Shown here: positions 48,432-61,822 of the stretch, one piece after another
Numbering within the stretch: the first letter of the stretch is position 1
Layout: each line of letters opens with the position of its first letter
DNA from: Pocillopora damicornis
Lineage: Eukaryota
DNA: 64,000 bases
Reading direction: 5' to 3'
NCBI RefSeq assembly: GCF_003704095.1
Contig: NW_020847750.1
Span: 248,001-312,000, forward strand
Made by a program: the position numbers and the translations under genes
The notes under the pieces: generated by a model
Told to the model about the DNA's origin: nothing
What the model saw: only the letters and a program-made list of their open reading frames with translations
The model's database searches: none

Positions 48432-50156
48432 ATGGCTTCGATCATTTCCATGTTCGTGCTCGTTGCCTTTCAGCTATCCATTCAAGCTGCGAAATCAGAA
48501 CCACTGATACAAGATGAAGCTTGGGGTTATGTGGAAGTAAGACCAAATGCTCACATGTTCTGGTGGTTTTATGGAGCTCAGGTGAAAGATCCAGCAGAGA
48601 GAGTTCAAAAACCTCTGTTGATGTGGTTGCAGGGAGGTCCCGGGGCTTCCTCCACAGGTTATGGCAATTTCGCAGAGATCGGTCCCCTGGATATCGATCT
48701 CAAGCCGCGGAATACAACGTGGATAAAGGAAGCTAACATCGTATTTGTGGATAATCCTGTTGGTTGTGGATATAGTTATGTTACAGATCCATCGGCCCTC
48801 ACCACGAACATCTCAGGTACGTAGGGACCTTCGTTTCGAAGTTGTTGGACACCTAGATCAGTTTTGAGTTTTTCGGTTTTGAGCCCCTCCCCTCAGCCCC
48901 CTCCTATTCCATTTCCTCCAGCTCCCCCTTAGCCCCCTCCTCCCCCTTGGCCCCCTCCTCCCCCTTAGCCCCCTCCTCTCCCTTAGCTCACTCCTCCCCC
49001 TCAGCCCCCTCCTATTCCATTTCCCCCTCCTCCCCCTCAGCCCCCTCCTATTCCATTTCCCCCTCCTCCCCCTTAGCCCCCTCCTCCCACTCAGCCCCCT
49101 CCTAGTCCATTTCCCCCTCCTCCATCTTAGCCCCCTCCTCCATAATGTGCAATACTGTTATTTTAAAGGACTAAATCCTTATCATTTGTCTTTTTAGAAA
49201 TTACAGCTGACTTGATAACCTTCTTCAAAGCTTTTCTGCTCAAGTTCCCAATTTTCCAGAAGTTACCTTTTTTCATTGCTGGTGAGTCGTATGGTGGTAA
49301 AATGGCTGCTGCTTTGGGTAAGGCCTTACATGTCTTGATTAAAGAAAAGAAGATTCAGTGTAATCTTATTGGGCTTGCCCTAGGAGACTCCTTGATATCT
49401 TTTGAAGACATAACACTCTCTTATGGACCATATCTATTTTCTTTTTCGCTGCTTGATGGGAAAGACTACAATGATGTCCAAGAATTGGCCAATGAAGTTT
49501 TCAATGCTGCCAGTAAAGGAGATTTCAAGACAGCTATGGATTTAACGGACAAAGGAAGCAACCTCATTGCTAATGTAACTGACAATGTTGATGTTTATTA
49601 TGTGTTGCGTCATAATGTATTAGATTCTGTCAACACACATTCCCTTATCCACAAGAATACTTCCAGGCTGTCACATGATCAAATGTTTGCACAATACATA
49701 ATAAGGGCCCACAGTGATCCTCTTTCTGAGCTCATGAATGGGCCAATCAGAAAGAAGCTTGGTATAATACCAGAAAATGTTACATGGGGTGGTCAGTCAA
49801 ATTTGGTGGCAAACTGTCAACGAAATGACATCCCATCATCAGTATTATCAGATGTGGGTGAACTTGTCAGGGGAGGGGTGAAAGTGATTGTGTATGAAGG
49901 TCAGCTTGATATGATCTGTGGGACACTTGGGGCAGAGTTGTGGATTTCGAAAATCAAGTGGGATGGCTTGTCAGAATTTTTGAAGGCATCTAGGAAACCA
50001 TTGTATGCACCATCAAAATTGGAAAAGAGGGAAACTGGAGCTTTCTTGAAGAGCTATAAAAACTTTGGGCTTTATTACATTCTCAATGCTGGTCATATGG
50101 TTCCGATAGATGCCCCTGAAATGGCTTTGGAAATGATAAAAAATGTCCTGAACTAA
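48432..50156 (+). CDS. SCPEP1: Retinoid-inducible serine carboxypeptidase-like (peptidase S10), copy 2, 2 exons, ~447 aa
   Basis: Exons 48432-48816 and 49198-50156 (phase 1, same intron position as copy 1). Signal peptide, WLQGGPGASSTG.GNF.EIGP, AGESYGG, QLDMIC, AGHMVP. Confidence 0.92.
48884..49141. repeat. C-rich minisatellite in the SCPEP1 copy 2 intron
   Basis: Repeated agccccctcctccccc(t/tt) and ctattccatttccc units. Confidence 0.9.
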
Positions 50157-53100
50157 AGGTTATCTACCAAATGGCAAGAGTGTGTCCTGTATTGTGGCAC
50201 AAATGACATTATAGTCTCTTGGAGACTTTGATCTTAAATAGTCATAATACTTGATTTCGATGTTTTAATACTTTATAATAATAATTATTTTATTTTAATC
50301 ATTATTGTAGCACTGCAAGGCAGTATTATTTTTTTCCCTCTCTACATAAAGATCATGTCTCATATTTCTTTTTGTTTTGGCTCAGATTAAGGGAAGCCTT
50401 TTGAAACGTAGCTTTTCCAAATTTGTTACAACAAAAGTCGGTGAAAATCCCCTAACCTGGGTGTTTCGCATAGTCTCCTACGATGGACCTCTGTTTTTTT
50501 TCAAAACTCAGCCATTTTGTCACCTTTTACTCATAGGATTGTTTATATTACTTCACTTTACAGAGAGAAATTTATAAGACTTGTAGAAGTGATTTTAAAA
50601 ATTAAATTGCGGACAGTGACGATTACGAGGTAACTTGTTAATGGACACAATTTTAGCGTGCAATAAAATTTATTGTGTGGCGTCCGAATTCCACCTGCAA
50701 GATCGTGTTTCAAGACATGGACGAGTTTTCTATGAAAAGAATATTGTAGGAAATTTTATTAATATAGTGTGACGTAGTTGTAGAGGCTACGTCATTCGTT
50801 TAAGGACAAAGAAGTAACCTGAGCGGTTTTGTAGTTGATGGTAGGTCACTCAAGAACAACGATAGAAGATATAGAAACCTCTCCTTGGAGGAAAAAGTCA
50901 TGAAGTGTGATTTCAGAATCCAAGAATATACGTTTTCGGATAAAATCATTTGACAATGAAGTCTGTTCTAATTAACACGCACTAATGTTGAGTGAATTAT
51001 TCATTAATCGAACAAAGCGAGGCATTTTAATTTTTATACTTTCACGACTTTAGGAGAAATGTCCATGAGTAACTTTTGGCAGTAGAAGAAAATCGTAATT
51101 TCATCATGTTGTACGAAACATTTAAACAATGCGCTTTGTTATTTGGCATTATAAAAAAGCATTCCCGGCAGCAAAATTTTACAATTAATCAACAGACATA
51201 ATGTGACTGACACGAACAGCGCTTGGTAACATAATTATTCTCACCAAGTCATTCTGTCACCATGGCATCTAACGGAGTAAGTAAATAACGTTAATAATTT
51301 AGCATTTTTGGGCCATTTCAAGTTTAACACCTGCTACCGCGAGAGGCGAAGTTGTTTTTGAGATCGATTCGAAAACTTTCAGCCTCACTAACTTAAAATA
51401 ATGTTCCTGTTACTTTACCTTGTAGCAGTTTTATCTAATTGTGAGGTAAGAGGTATTTTATTTTTCTTATGATTAAATATTCTGGTTGATCTTTAAGGAC
51501 CGCAATGGCGAAATTGTTTTCTTAAAAAACCCTCCAATATGCTACGCAGAAGATGCGCTCGTATCAGCATTGCAATATTTTCTTGGCAATTCGCTTTGAG
51601 GACACTGATAAAGTGTAAAAAATTATTTTAATGATTTACTTTTTATACAATGTCTTTATCATGGACGAGGTTAGTTAAAAATTTTCGGTTAAGTTATCAG
51701 TACTTCGAAATATTAGGTTGACATGTTCTAAGCTCTCGCCGCCTTAAAAAATTAACGCTTAACTGTTTACCACAGTTATCTCGAAACTGTTGAAGGATAT
51801 CATTTCTGGGTTTGCTTGCAGTTCGTATGAGTATATCGTTTAAAGGAAAAAGAAAGAAATTAAAAAAAACTTTCTTAATTAAGTTCAAACTTAATGTGAA
51901 ACTCTGAACGAGTTCCTGAAAACGGTTTTCAGATTAATCTAACCCGACAGATGCACGTAAACTTGAGATACAATGTGTTTTTTTTTCGATATATTTGAGG
52001 TCAGATTAAAATACTGACGATAGAAAATCGCCTTATTGCAAAACATCGGCGTCAAATTGTGTCAAACTTACCAGCAAGATTGGATCACAAGTTTTTGCTG
52101 AAAAAATAGCTTTGTTGACGAAAAGGACGACGTATTTTCCTTCGTTAGTAATCAATTTTACGCAGTTGGTTGTGGATGTTAAATGTTTATCGTATATTTT
52201 GTTGATATGTAGCAAAACAAACCGTTCTGTGGAGGTGCTTGGTAAAAGAAGTTGTAGCAGAAATTAGGCTGCTTTTTAATGCCCTTTTTTACAGTGACAC
52301 ACTTCTTCTCCTCCGGTTTTCGTTTTTCGATTCCTTCGTTATTCATCTGTTTCCGGCGAAATACGCCGGGTAAACGGAGAAGGCTCATTCGCTTTATTTG
52401 TTGATTGAGAGCTGAATGCACAGCAACTTCTTCGAGTTAGTTTTAAGAGGCGTCATCCAATAAAATGGCAAAAACAACTTTATTCAAACACCAAAATTAA
52501 GTCCTTCAGGACAGAAGGCGATTATATAATTTACTAGGCAAAAGCGTGTTTTACACCAAAAGTCCTCAAGGGAGACTGCAGCTTTTGTAATTATTGCGAA
52601 AAAGGGACTTTGAAAGCAGGAAGTTTATTTAAAAACTGTTACGGAAGGCAACTTTACATCGTTTTGTCTTCATCTGGAGCCAAAAGTGTTTCGTGTTTGT
52701 AACCTTTTGTCAGAGAAATTCAGTTCTGGAAACCATTATCCTTCATAAAATATGCATACGACTCTAGAAATGTTCGGCAACTTTTACATATTAGCTGCAC
52801 GCTCAACTTCTGTCGAAAGTATATCGCAGTCGTCAGACTTTGTCGAAGGATTAACAAATCTCTTCAGTTCAGTTGCATTTGTTTTGCCCCTCGAAAGTTT
52901 CCAGAGAGCGCATAAAGAGAACAAATAATTCTTGAGACCTCAACGAAATCAATACCACTTAATAATTCATGAAAGTCTTAAACTGTCAGGTTTAGTATTG
53001 AGCTCTTTGGAAATCGAAATACAATGATTATCCAAGCAAGGAACTTAAAAAAATAAGCTGCTTTGATAAAATTTTTAGGCGAAAAAAAAAGCATTTTATT

Positions 53101-53692
53101 CTAAAATAACAGGAGTCATAAGAAGAACACGAACATATTTCGCCAAGTTGCGCAATAATTTTGAATTTTTTTTCGAAGGATTCTGAATCCCACCAGATTC
53201 CTCCAAGCTATTTTAATTTGTGCAGGTGAACAATTAAACTTTGTGCCTATCTAAGAAGCCTTTTTCAAAAAGGTGCTGTTATTTATTCATTTGTTAACTT
53301 ATGATTCATTCTCTAATTGCAACTTAGACGCCCAGAACCGTGAAATGAAACCAATTTTACTTCAAGGCCGCAGTTATGCCCTTTAATTTGACGTCAAGAA
53401 AGTCCTAGAAAATTTTCGCGATTCGGCAGGCCAAAACAAAATTTTTTAGGGTATTGTGCACCTGCTTCAAGATGAATTTCATTCCAAAGAATTCCGCACA
53501 AAATTTCGGCCTCAAATAAAATTTTGCTAACATCACATGTGGAATGCTATGATATATCTATGGAGATATTGAGGCATAGAAACATTTCATCAGGAATAGA
53601 AATTCGATTCCGAATTGAGCTCGTTTCTCCTTACCTATTAAAGTATCAACTTCATTTAAAATCGCCTCATTTTGTCGCTCTTCCGTTTACAG

Positions 53693-56600
53693 GCCTCAGA
53701 ATTTAAGTTCAGCCTCTCCAGGTCTACAGATTGGCAATATGTTGGCCGTCGTGTAAAGTACACACTTGAAATGACCATTCCAGAGACCACTCAATTGAAG
53801 ACAAAAATCAAGTGTCCTTTCAACACCTCCGCCATTCTGCGACTAACAAAAACAGAAGTAACTGAGGTTAGCTCTCAGCTGACCGTCCCAAACACGTCCC
53901 CAAACCTCACTTCATCTGCAAATGATGGTCTTCACGATATTGCATTTTTTGAATTTGGCGAAGTCACTCGAGCAACTTATGAGAACGAAACCAAGATTAA
54001 GATTGAGTTTGAGATTCAGGTGATGGATCACCAGGAGATCGTGAACGGTGGCTTGCAGTGGGTTAGTGTTGGAACCGAGTACAAAAATCAATCTGTTTGG
54101 GCTGCCATGCTAGCAGTAAAGACTGTCAAACCAGCCTGCAAGAGACCTGATCTGAAAGTGACCTTATGGAGTGTTTCAAACTACCATACCGTTCGCTCTG
54201 GGTATGCATGTATTTTCTCTCGTAATTATTTTAAAGCAAATTACTCATTACAAGTTGAGGACTGTATTTTATTCGGAGAAAGGCATCAACGTGCCGACGC
54301 TAGGTTGGAAAATCCAATATTTACAGCAAAACGGCTTAGGTGCTTTACTGAAATGTTGTAAAAGCTAATGTAGGCAAACAGATCGGAGACCAAAAGACGA
54401 GAACTTGAATTAACGAGGCAATAGAGGCAAGATTGAGGAGTTTAAAATAGGAACGGGATGTTGGGGAACTGGAGGCAAACAATTTCATGCGACTTAAACT
54501 TAAAGCAATGTGGGCAACATTTTGAAGTAAACAAGATGAACATCTCGTTCAGCACACAATCCGGTAATTATCTCACCAAACTAAGAAATCGTCGAAAGAT
54601 TCTTGAGGTAGAGATTACAAATTGCACCTAACATCGCTGTTTGATTTGTATCCATAATCAGTGACTACTTTGTGGAATGTTTCAATTACAGGCCAGAGAT
54701 TTGTAAGAGATTACAAACTCCTGATTCTCAGTTATTTCAAATTCGTAGCTCTTCAACTTTCTGCTCAATAATTTCCACTCCGCACTAAATCTCAACTTTA
54801 ATTGTCGTGATCTCAGCCGATGAGCTTTCTAAAATTGCCGCATGTATATTTAAATTTACCTAATCCCACTTTAAGGCTTTGTATGATCTCCCCCCCCACC
54901 CTTCGCAGTCAATTTTCTATATTTTTCCTTCTTTATCGCCTGTTGGCTACTGTTGATTTCCCCTCCCTTCCCTCTGAAAAATCATATGATCCCCCTCAAA
55001 ATTGCTTCCACCCCTCCCCCCCTCTCCTCTCCTCTCCCCAGGCGATGAAAAATGACTGGTCCTTTACAGTACCTTGATTGACATGCTGTCCTTTTATTTT
55101 TTGTTAGAGACAAAATCAATCTCCGCGTGGATGTGGAGCACTCAGACGATACTACAGACCTGGTGGAGAATGGCAAATTACAACTACCCTTACCGCCTTT
55201 CCTTACCTACAATGATTTTACCAAATTCTCCAACTCTATCAGTGTTGTTGCGCAATCTGATTCGCAGATGGTCTCATTCAAGGTAAGAAACTCATTTTTA
55301 TCCATAAAAACGTTTTAGCCCAAAATTAGGTTTTTGAAATACGACCACACAATTGTTAATCGGTGCCAACCTTGTTTTGTATTGTTTTCAGTTTGAGAAA
55401 CTTGAATTTTACCAAAAAGTGTCACTGAGCATAACATTAAACCTGGATCCCGGCAAAACAAGAGCTGACGGGAAAATCCACGACTGTACAGTGTACGTGA
55501 ATCTTAAATACAATGGGTCAGCGGACACCTGTAGCTCGGCCTCAGGCTCCCGGGAGTTTTCTCACCAAGGGCCATCCTCAGCTTCATTCAAGTATTATGT
55601 GCAAAGTACGTATCAAGGTTACCAGCGCATCAACCAATGATTGTATTCAGTGGAAGATGATGTCGTTTGTGTCATCATTTATCAAACACATTGATGGCGA
55701 GATTTCTACCGCCTTATATTTAATGTGGGTGAAACCCAAATCGACGTGAAGAAATTGAGGACGAATTTATTCCTGTTTACAACCGTTCACTGTTAAGCAA
55801 CTCATTTTTACACACTATCTAATCGCGAAATTGATAACGAGTGGCGTAGCCAATCCGATTGCAATAATCGTGTAGAGCGCTGTTAGATTTATACCGAACA
55901 TGTATATTTTCCACTTGGATGGCACAATGGCGGCTTATTTCGATTATTTACTTTTCGTCATAGTCACGCGCCACCATTGGTTAGTATTTTTGTCTAACTT
56001 TTAACCCTTTGCATCCCAATATCAGTATTCAGATTCTCCAAACTCTCCTCAATACATGTCCTTTGGCACTGACAAGGAGAATTCGTTTAACAATCAAAGC
56101 TTCATAGCTTGTCGATCAATTCCTTTATTCTCATGATCCTAATGAATGATTCAGCAGTAAAACTGTAAGGAGAAATTAGATGCTAGTCAGTCTCATGGCT
56201 TAAAGGGTTAAACCAAACTTCTTTTTATATTTTAGAAGCCAAATGTGACGAAGCTCTTGGTTTGCAAGATAAGAGTATCACAGACTCTAAGATTACAGGT
56301 TCGTCCTATTCTTCTGGCGGTGAGCCTCACGAGGCCAGGTTGGGTGGCAGTAAGGCGTGGATACCTAGTGGACAGTTGGCGTAAGTTGTAATAAAACAGC
56401 TTTCATCTTTGGGCGTGTATGGGTCATAAAATAACCGTATATACTCAGGCATTATATATACCGGGGGGGGGGGAGGGGGGGGCATGAAAACCTGAAAACC
56501 TTCTTTCGGCGTTTTTTTCTCGGGGTGGTATATGAAGTAGATTTAATAAAAGGAGTTCATTAAGGCAAATTGGGAAATTGCGATCTTAAAAAGACGCATT

Positions 56601-57513
56601 TAAACTTAAAATTTTCAAGATGCGCAAATTTTCTGCTCGCATTTTGACTCCTTTCAAGCTCATAACAATACGTGATTTATTTTACTTTGATTTCCATGAT
56701 TGAAACGTAGAGTTACATTAGGTGATAACGTAACCCAGTTTTTCTGATTTTCTTTTTCATCATTACCTTAGGAAGGGAAAATCACAGTTTCTTCAAGTCG
56801 ATTTCACAAAAGTAGCCAAGGTCTGCCGACTCACCACGCAAGGTTTCAATGGCAGTTTCGTCACCAGACTTTCCCTTTTCTACAGCGATGATGGAGTCAT
56901 TTGGAAACCATATAAAGAAGGAAGTAAGATCAAGGTAACGCAATCATGTAAGATCCGATTTAGTCACGCCTCTCGATAAAAGCGCGACGAAGACTATTTT
57001 GGCCGAAAAGGACGAGGTAAAGAGTAAATATAAAGTATATCAGCTGTTAATGTTTTCCTGTTATATATAACTTAGAGGCGTTTCATATGCCTGACGATGG
57101 TTTTTTTTAAAATTTGTTTTCTTTTTCTGTTTGCTTTTCAAGGAATTTGCGGCAAACACCAATGACGACTACACTCAGATTATTGTGCTTCAGATTTGTA
57201 TCCAGGCTCGGTTTATCCGTATCAATCCTGTGGGGTGGTACAGCAGTATTGCTCTCAGGGTGGAGTTCTTCGGGTGCACGATTGGTCCTGCACCCTCCTC
57301 GGGTACGTCTCGATACGTTAGTACTTTTTGATATCTGAAACTTCAAGTCAGGAGAATGACAGGTCTAACGCTTGATATGTCAGCTCTTCAAGAATCGACT
57401 GACTGACTGACTGACTGCCTGACTGGCTTGCCGCCTGGCTGGCTGACTGGCTGATTAACTGACTGACTGACTGATTTTCTGACTGGCTGGCTGACCGACT
57501 GACTAAGTGACTT

Positions 57514-57547
<34 letters not shown>

Positions 57548-59760
57548 TGACTGACTGACCGACTCACTAACTACCTGACTCTCTACCTTACTGATAGACT
57601 TACTGAATACTATCTAAAATACTAAATGGCTGGCTGACTGATTGACCAACTTACTGACTATCGACTGACAGGCTGGCTAAAATCCGTAACATTCGTTTGT
57701 TTTGACTGACTGCCATGGTGATTTCTTGATTGACTCACGCGGTAATATCTTAACCAATGCGGCCCAGTAACTTAAGTGACACAATAACTTTCAATGATTT
57801 TTTTTAGGTTCTTTGACATTCACAAGTCGCGGTTACTTGTTGGACAAGAGCTCTGACGTCATGTATGTTTGCAGCGTGCCAATGAAAGGGTAAGACCTTC
57901 TTAACAGTGAGTCACGCAACAAACAGACAAAGACATCCGTGACCAAGTAAAGTTTGATTGCTAAAGACATGTGGCAGTGAAGAATATGAAAAACCCTTGA
58001 AATTTATACAATTGTTTTATTTTAATTTTGCAGAAGTAAAAGTGCACCAAATTGCTTTCGTAGTCAAGACAAAGGCAATTCTTGGACAGGTAAAATCATT
58101 GAGTCTTTCAAAAGCTTAGCTATGTTCACTGAAAAGGGTTTGTGGGGCGGGGGTGGGGGAGGGGGGGGGGAATTGGTAAGAATGGTAGGAAAAACAACAT
58201 GATACAACCAAATAACAAAATTAAAAAGTTGAAAATGACGCGCATACGACAAAATCATATTAAGCGAGAAGCAGAGAGAAACATTTTAACTAAAACAGCT
58301 TATGGGTCTAGTAGAAACAGAATAGAAGGGAATAGCTACCTCCTGTTGGACGATGTGGTGCCTCCACATTCTTTTCCACATCCCTGCTCGTTCTAAATGA
58401 TCAAGACCCGGTACGGACTAATGACTAGCATCAAGCGACAAGACGTTTTAAATATGCTTTTATTTGATACACAATATACAGGCTTGGATAATCGTCTTCT
58501 TACTCTGGTTGGACATGACAAGGACGAGAATATTCTCTTTGGAGTGAGCAAGAACGGAAAAGCCATTTTGAAAAGCACCACAGACCATTTGGCTCGGTTC
58601 GTCGCCGTTCCTGAAGATGAATGGGTGAAGGCAAAAACTAAATCAAACACAGTTTTAACTAAAATGCTCGAGAATTCCTTGGCTATTGCTGACGCAAACA
58701 TGAACCCACAATCTCCACACACAGTCACTGCGGACAACTCCGGCACTGAGTGGGGAGGTAAGTCAAAATTATTTTAGGTCATGTCTCTCCACTGAAGAGC
58801 GCGTTGTGATAGAGTGTCTTGGAAGCCAAACTAAAGTCATCACATTGTCCAATCAGAGCAAAAAGAGTTATGGTAACGAGCCAATGAGAGATAAGAGTTA
58901 AAACAGTCACACTGCTAAAAGCGCGGGAAAACGCCCGAATGACCAGAGCTTGATGGGTTTTCCTCCAAAGATTATTGATGTGTAACGCTGGCCATAAGGA
59001 TCGCAGCACGACATCGCATATAGCTGATGTTATTTTCTTGCTGCTGTGATCCTTGTTATTGGCCATATCGGAATAGCCGACAATTTCCGATAATCATCCG
59101 ACTCGGAAACTCGTCATTAAAGCTCCACGGGCGTACCTCTGGCCGGTGGGATTTAGGCGCAACCTTGTTATTGTCGGTGCTGTTGCTTCTGTAAGGGTGC
59201 CACAGATGATAAGTAATGGTGCTAACGAGAAGCTTCTTTCCTTTTACAGCTTCTGCTCAAGGCATTCATGTAAAAGAGAGCTCACAGTGGAAACTGAAAG
59301 CCATATGGATGTGTTCTGGTATGTAAGAGCTCGAAAACCTTCTTTTATTTTCAGTCATAGTTGTAAAGATCGGTAAGCAGCATCGATGTTGTTTGATTTC
59401 GATCGGTAATAGCTACAGTTGCTCCAACGATAGCCTGAGAGCAATCCCTTCGTTACTAGCGCTGTAGGACGCGCGTTTCTCCGCCTGCGGGAAGATTTTA
59501 GACGAGTCGGGGATAGGTTTGGCGGGGGTCTGGCACTATCAGTGCCAGACCCCTTGCGGACTTCTCGCAAAGTCAAAAAAGGCTTCACCGCGGACAAAAA
59601 TATTTTAATTTTGGGTTGACCGGCTATTCGAGTTATTGTGGCCATGGGTATTCGTCTATATTTATATGTTGTTCTTCCTTCTATGAAGGACTTCCTTGTT
59701 TTGAAAATATTTCAAATCAGTTTTTTTTTATTTTTCATTTCAGAACTTGGTAATAAGTAA
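53693..59760 (+). CDS. Uncharacterised protein with an F5/8 type C (discoidin) domain, at least 11 exons, >620 aa; 5' end uncertain (candidate first exon 51262-51276)
   Basis: Phase-compatible exons 53693-54201, 55108-55282, 55392-55605, 56236-56380, 56772-56934, 57143-57302, 57808-57889, 58034-58089, 58482-58757, 59250-59318 and 59744-59760. Discoidin motifs: CDEALGLQD..I.DS.IT.SS, EARL..AW, FLQVDF...TTQG, YSDDG..W, ARFIRINP..W...IALRVEFFGC. Confidence 0.82.
56001..56211. mobile_element. piggyBac-like MITE in an intron
   Basis: ttaa-cccttt ... aaaggg-ttaa. Confidence 0.8.
57397..57680. repeat. (GACT)n microsatellite in an intron
   Basis: Long perfect and degenerate gact runs. Confidence 0.9.
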
Positions 59761-60432
59761 GCTGTTCATGCATCTCCCCTGGTGGGATAAGATCTATAGC
59801 GAGGCTCAGTTGGTAATTTAAACGTAATTTTTGTTACAAAAGTGAGCCAGTTCGCAGTGAACTCTCTCATAAAAGCCACATTGCAACTATGTATCTACAT
59901 TCGGTAACTTTTCATATTTTCAGCTTTACGTCTCCTGGACGTCATTGTAGTTAATACTTACTCGTGACAAAAAATCATGTCGATAACCCATCAATTACCT
60001 TTACTACAGATATTCTATTCTAAGATTTTTTCACCAGTTAGATATTTCACTCTTAGGAGTGACCAATTTGTAATTTCTCCTCACAATATTGATACGTGAT
60101 CAAGCAGAAAGGTGCTGAGAATAATCGAAAACATCACCAGTAAGTTAAGCACTAAATTCTCATAAACAATATCGTATGAAACGTACAGAAGACAAAAAGG
60201 AGAATTTATATTGTAATCTTCTTAATGAAAGGTTTAGAAGATTGTCGGTTCTTTGATCAGTAACAGAAAAGCTGAAGTTTTCCTATTAGGAGGCAATTTT
60301 TGCGCAGCATGACAGAAAATACCTTTTTTAAGTTTATATTCCTTTACGCACTCAGATTTATAATTTTGGTTAAATATTATACGTGCAAAAATCGCGCGCG
60401 TTTGACTGGCTGAAAACGAGTGCATTTTTCAT

Positions 60433-60534
60433 GTAACACTATTGCAAATAAGTAGCACGAGTGCAAATAAGTAACACTATTGCAAATAAGTAACACTATT
60501 GCAAATAAGTAACACTATTGCAAATAAGTAACAC
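60433..60534. repeat. 19-bp tandem repeat
   Basis: Unit gtaacactattgcaaataa, about 5 copies with one variant. Confidence 0.9.
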
Positions 60535-61695
60535 AAATGCAAATTACATATGGCGCACGCGCTGCCAAAATTTCGTCCGTCTTGACTTTGTGCTATGGGT
60601 TTTTCAATCAAATTATTAATAAGTAGCAACATGATTTCTCGATCGTACAATTTGTTGTAAATAAGCACTTATAAATTGTGCTCTACAGGCTCGTTTAATT
60701 TTATTGTATTTAAGAAATTTGCTCTCGTGTATTAACACCGAATTTCACTCGAAATCATGTTGTCAGCTATACACATTTCATCACTTAGCCACCGACGAAT
60801 TGTAGTTTTATAAATTGATAATTAAAACCGCTCTTTCACTTACTGTAACATAAGACTAAGACTCTATGCTAGTTTTTTTCAGATCTTAACTCTAGATGGT
60901 GATTATATTGTTATGCTAAACTCGTTTCACTTATAATTAAGAACCTGTGTTTAAAAACTTCAACGATGGTCTTTCACCTTGAAGACTAGCCTGCGTACCA
61001 GGCCTTTCCGTTTACTTTTATCCAATAGAAGGAAACTTGAGCCGCGCAGGGGCATGGGGCGAAAGTGGGCAAAACAGGTGACTGACACAGGAAGGGGTAG
61101 GGAAGAAAAAGAAAGGCTTGTTGCTGCTGAGCTCACAGATTTTACATCCTTCCGTTCTTCCGCGAACGGGAGGCAGTGGCATTACTTGTGAGGATGAAAG
61201 CTCGAACATAATCAGTCTTTTTAGTTAAAAGAAGAAGTACGGGCGAGGTTGAGCGATTATTGTGATGTATTTTTATCATTTAAATCACATATCTACATAC
61301 TTTTTGTGTATGCGAGTGATTCTTCAAGTTTTAATACCATTTTTACGTTCTTTGTGTAACTTCCGTCATAAGAAATAAAGTGTTCCTTGTTAAAAAAGTT
61401 GTTTTCTTTTTTTTACCTGCATATAAGTAAGGCTTATTCTAAGCCTTCCATTCTAATCATTTCTTTACTGCTCGAAAGAAGGCGAAACGTAAAGAAAACA
61501 CGACAACAGGCTCTGAGTTTTAAACATAGAAATTACTCCGGTAAGTGCAAATAAAACTCTTTTCAAAACTCAGGTCTTTATTTTGCTTTATTATTGAATT
61601 TTAGGCAATTAAACTTCTCAAGCATATTTTTCCTCCCTTTAACTCGGGTCAGTTTTGATTTATTCTCTGGAACAGATTTAACTACAGATATTATG

Positions 61696-61822
61696 TAGTT
61701 AATAATTCGTAGTTAATAATTCGTAGTTAATTATTCGTTGTTAATTATTCATGGTCAATTATTCGTAGTTAATTATTCGTGTTTAATTATTCGTAGTTAA
61801 CTATTCGTGGTCAATTATTCGT
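61696..61822. repeat. 14-bp tandem repeat starting at the Sox stop codon
   Basis: Unit gtagttaa(t/t)aattc-like, about 9 copies. Confidence 0.9.
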
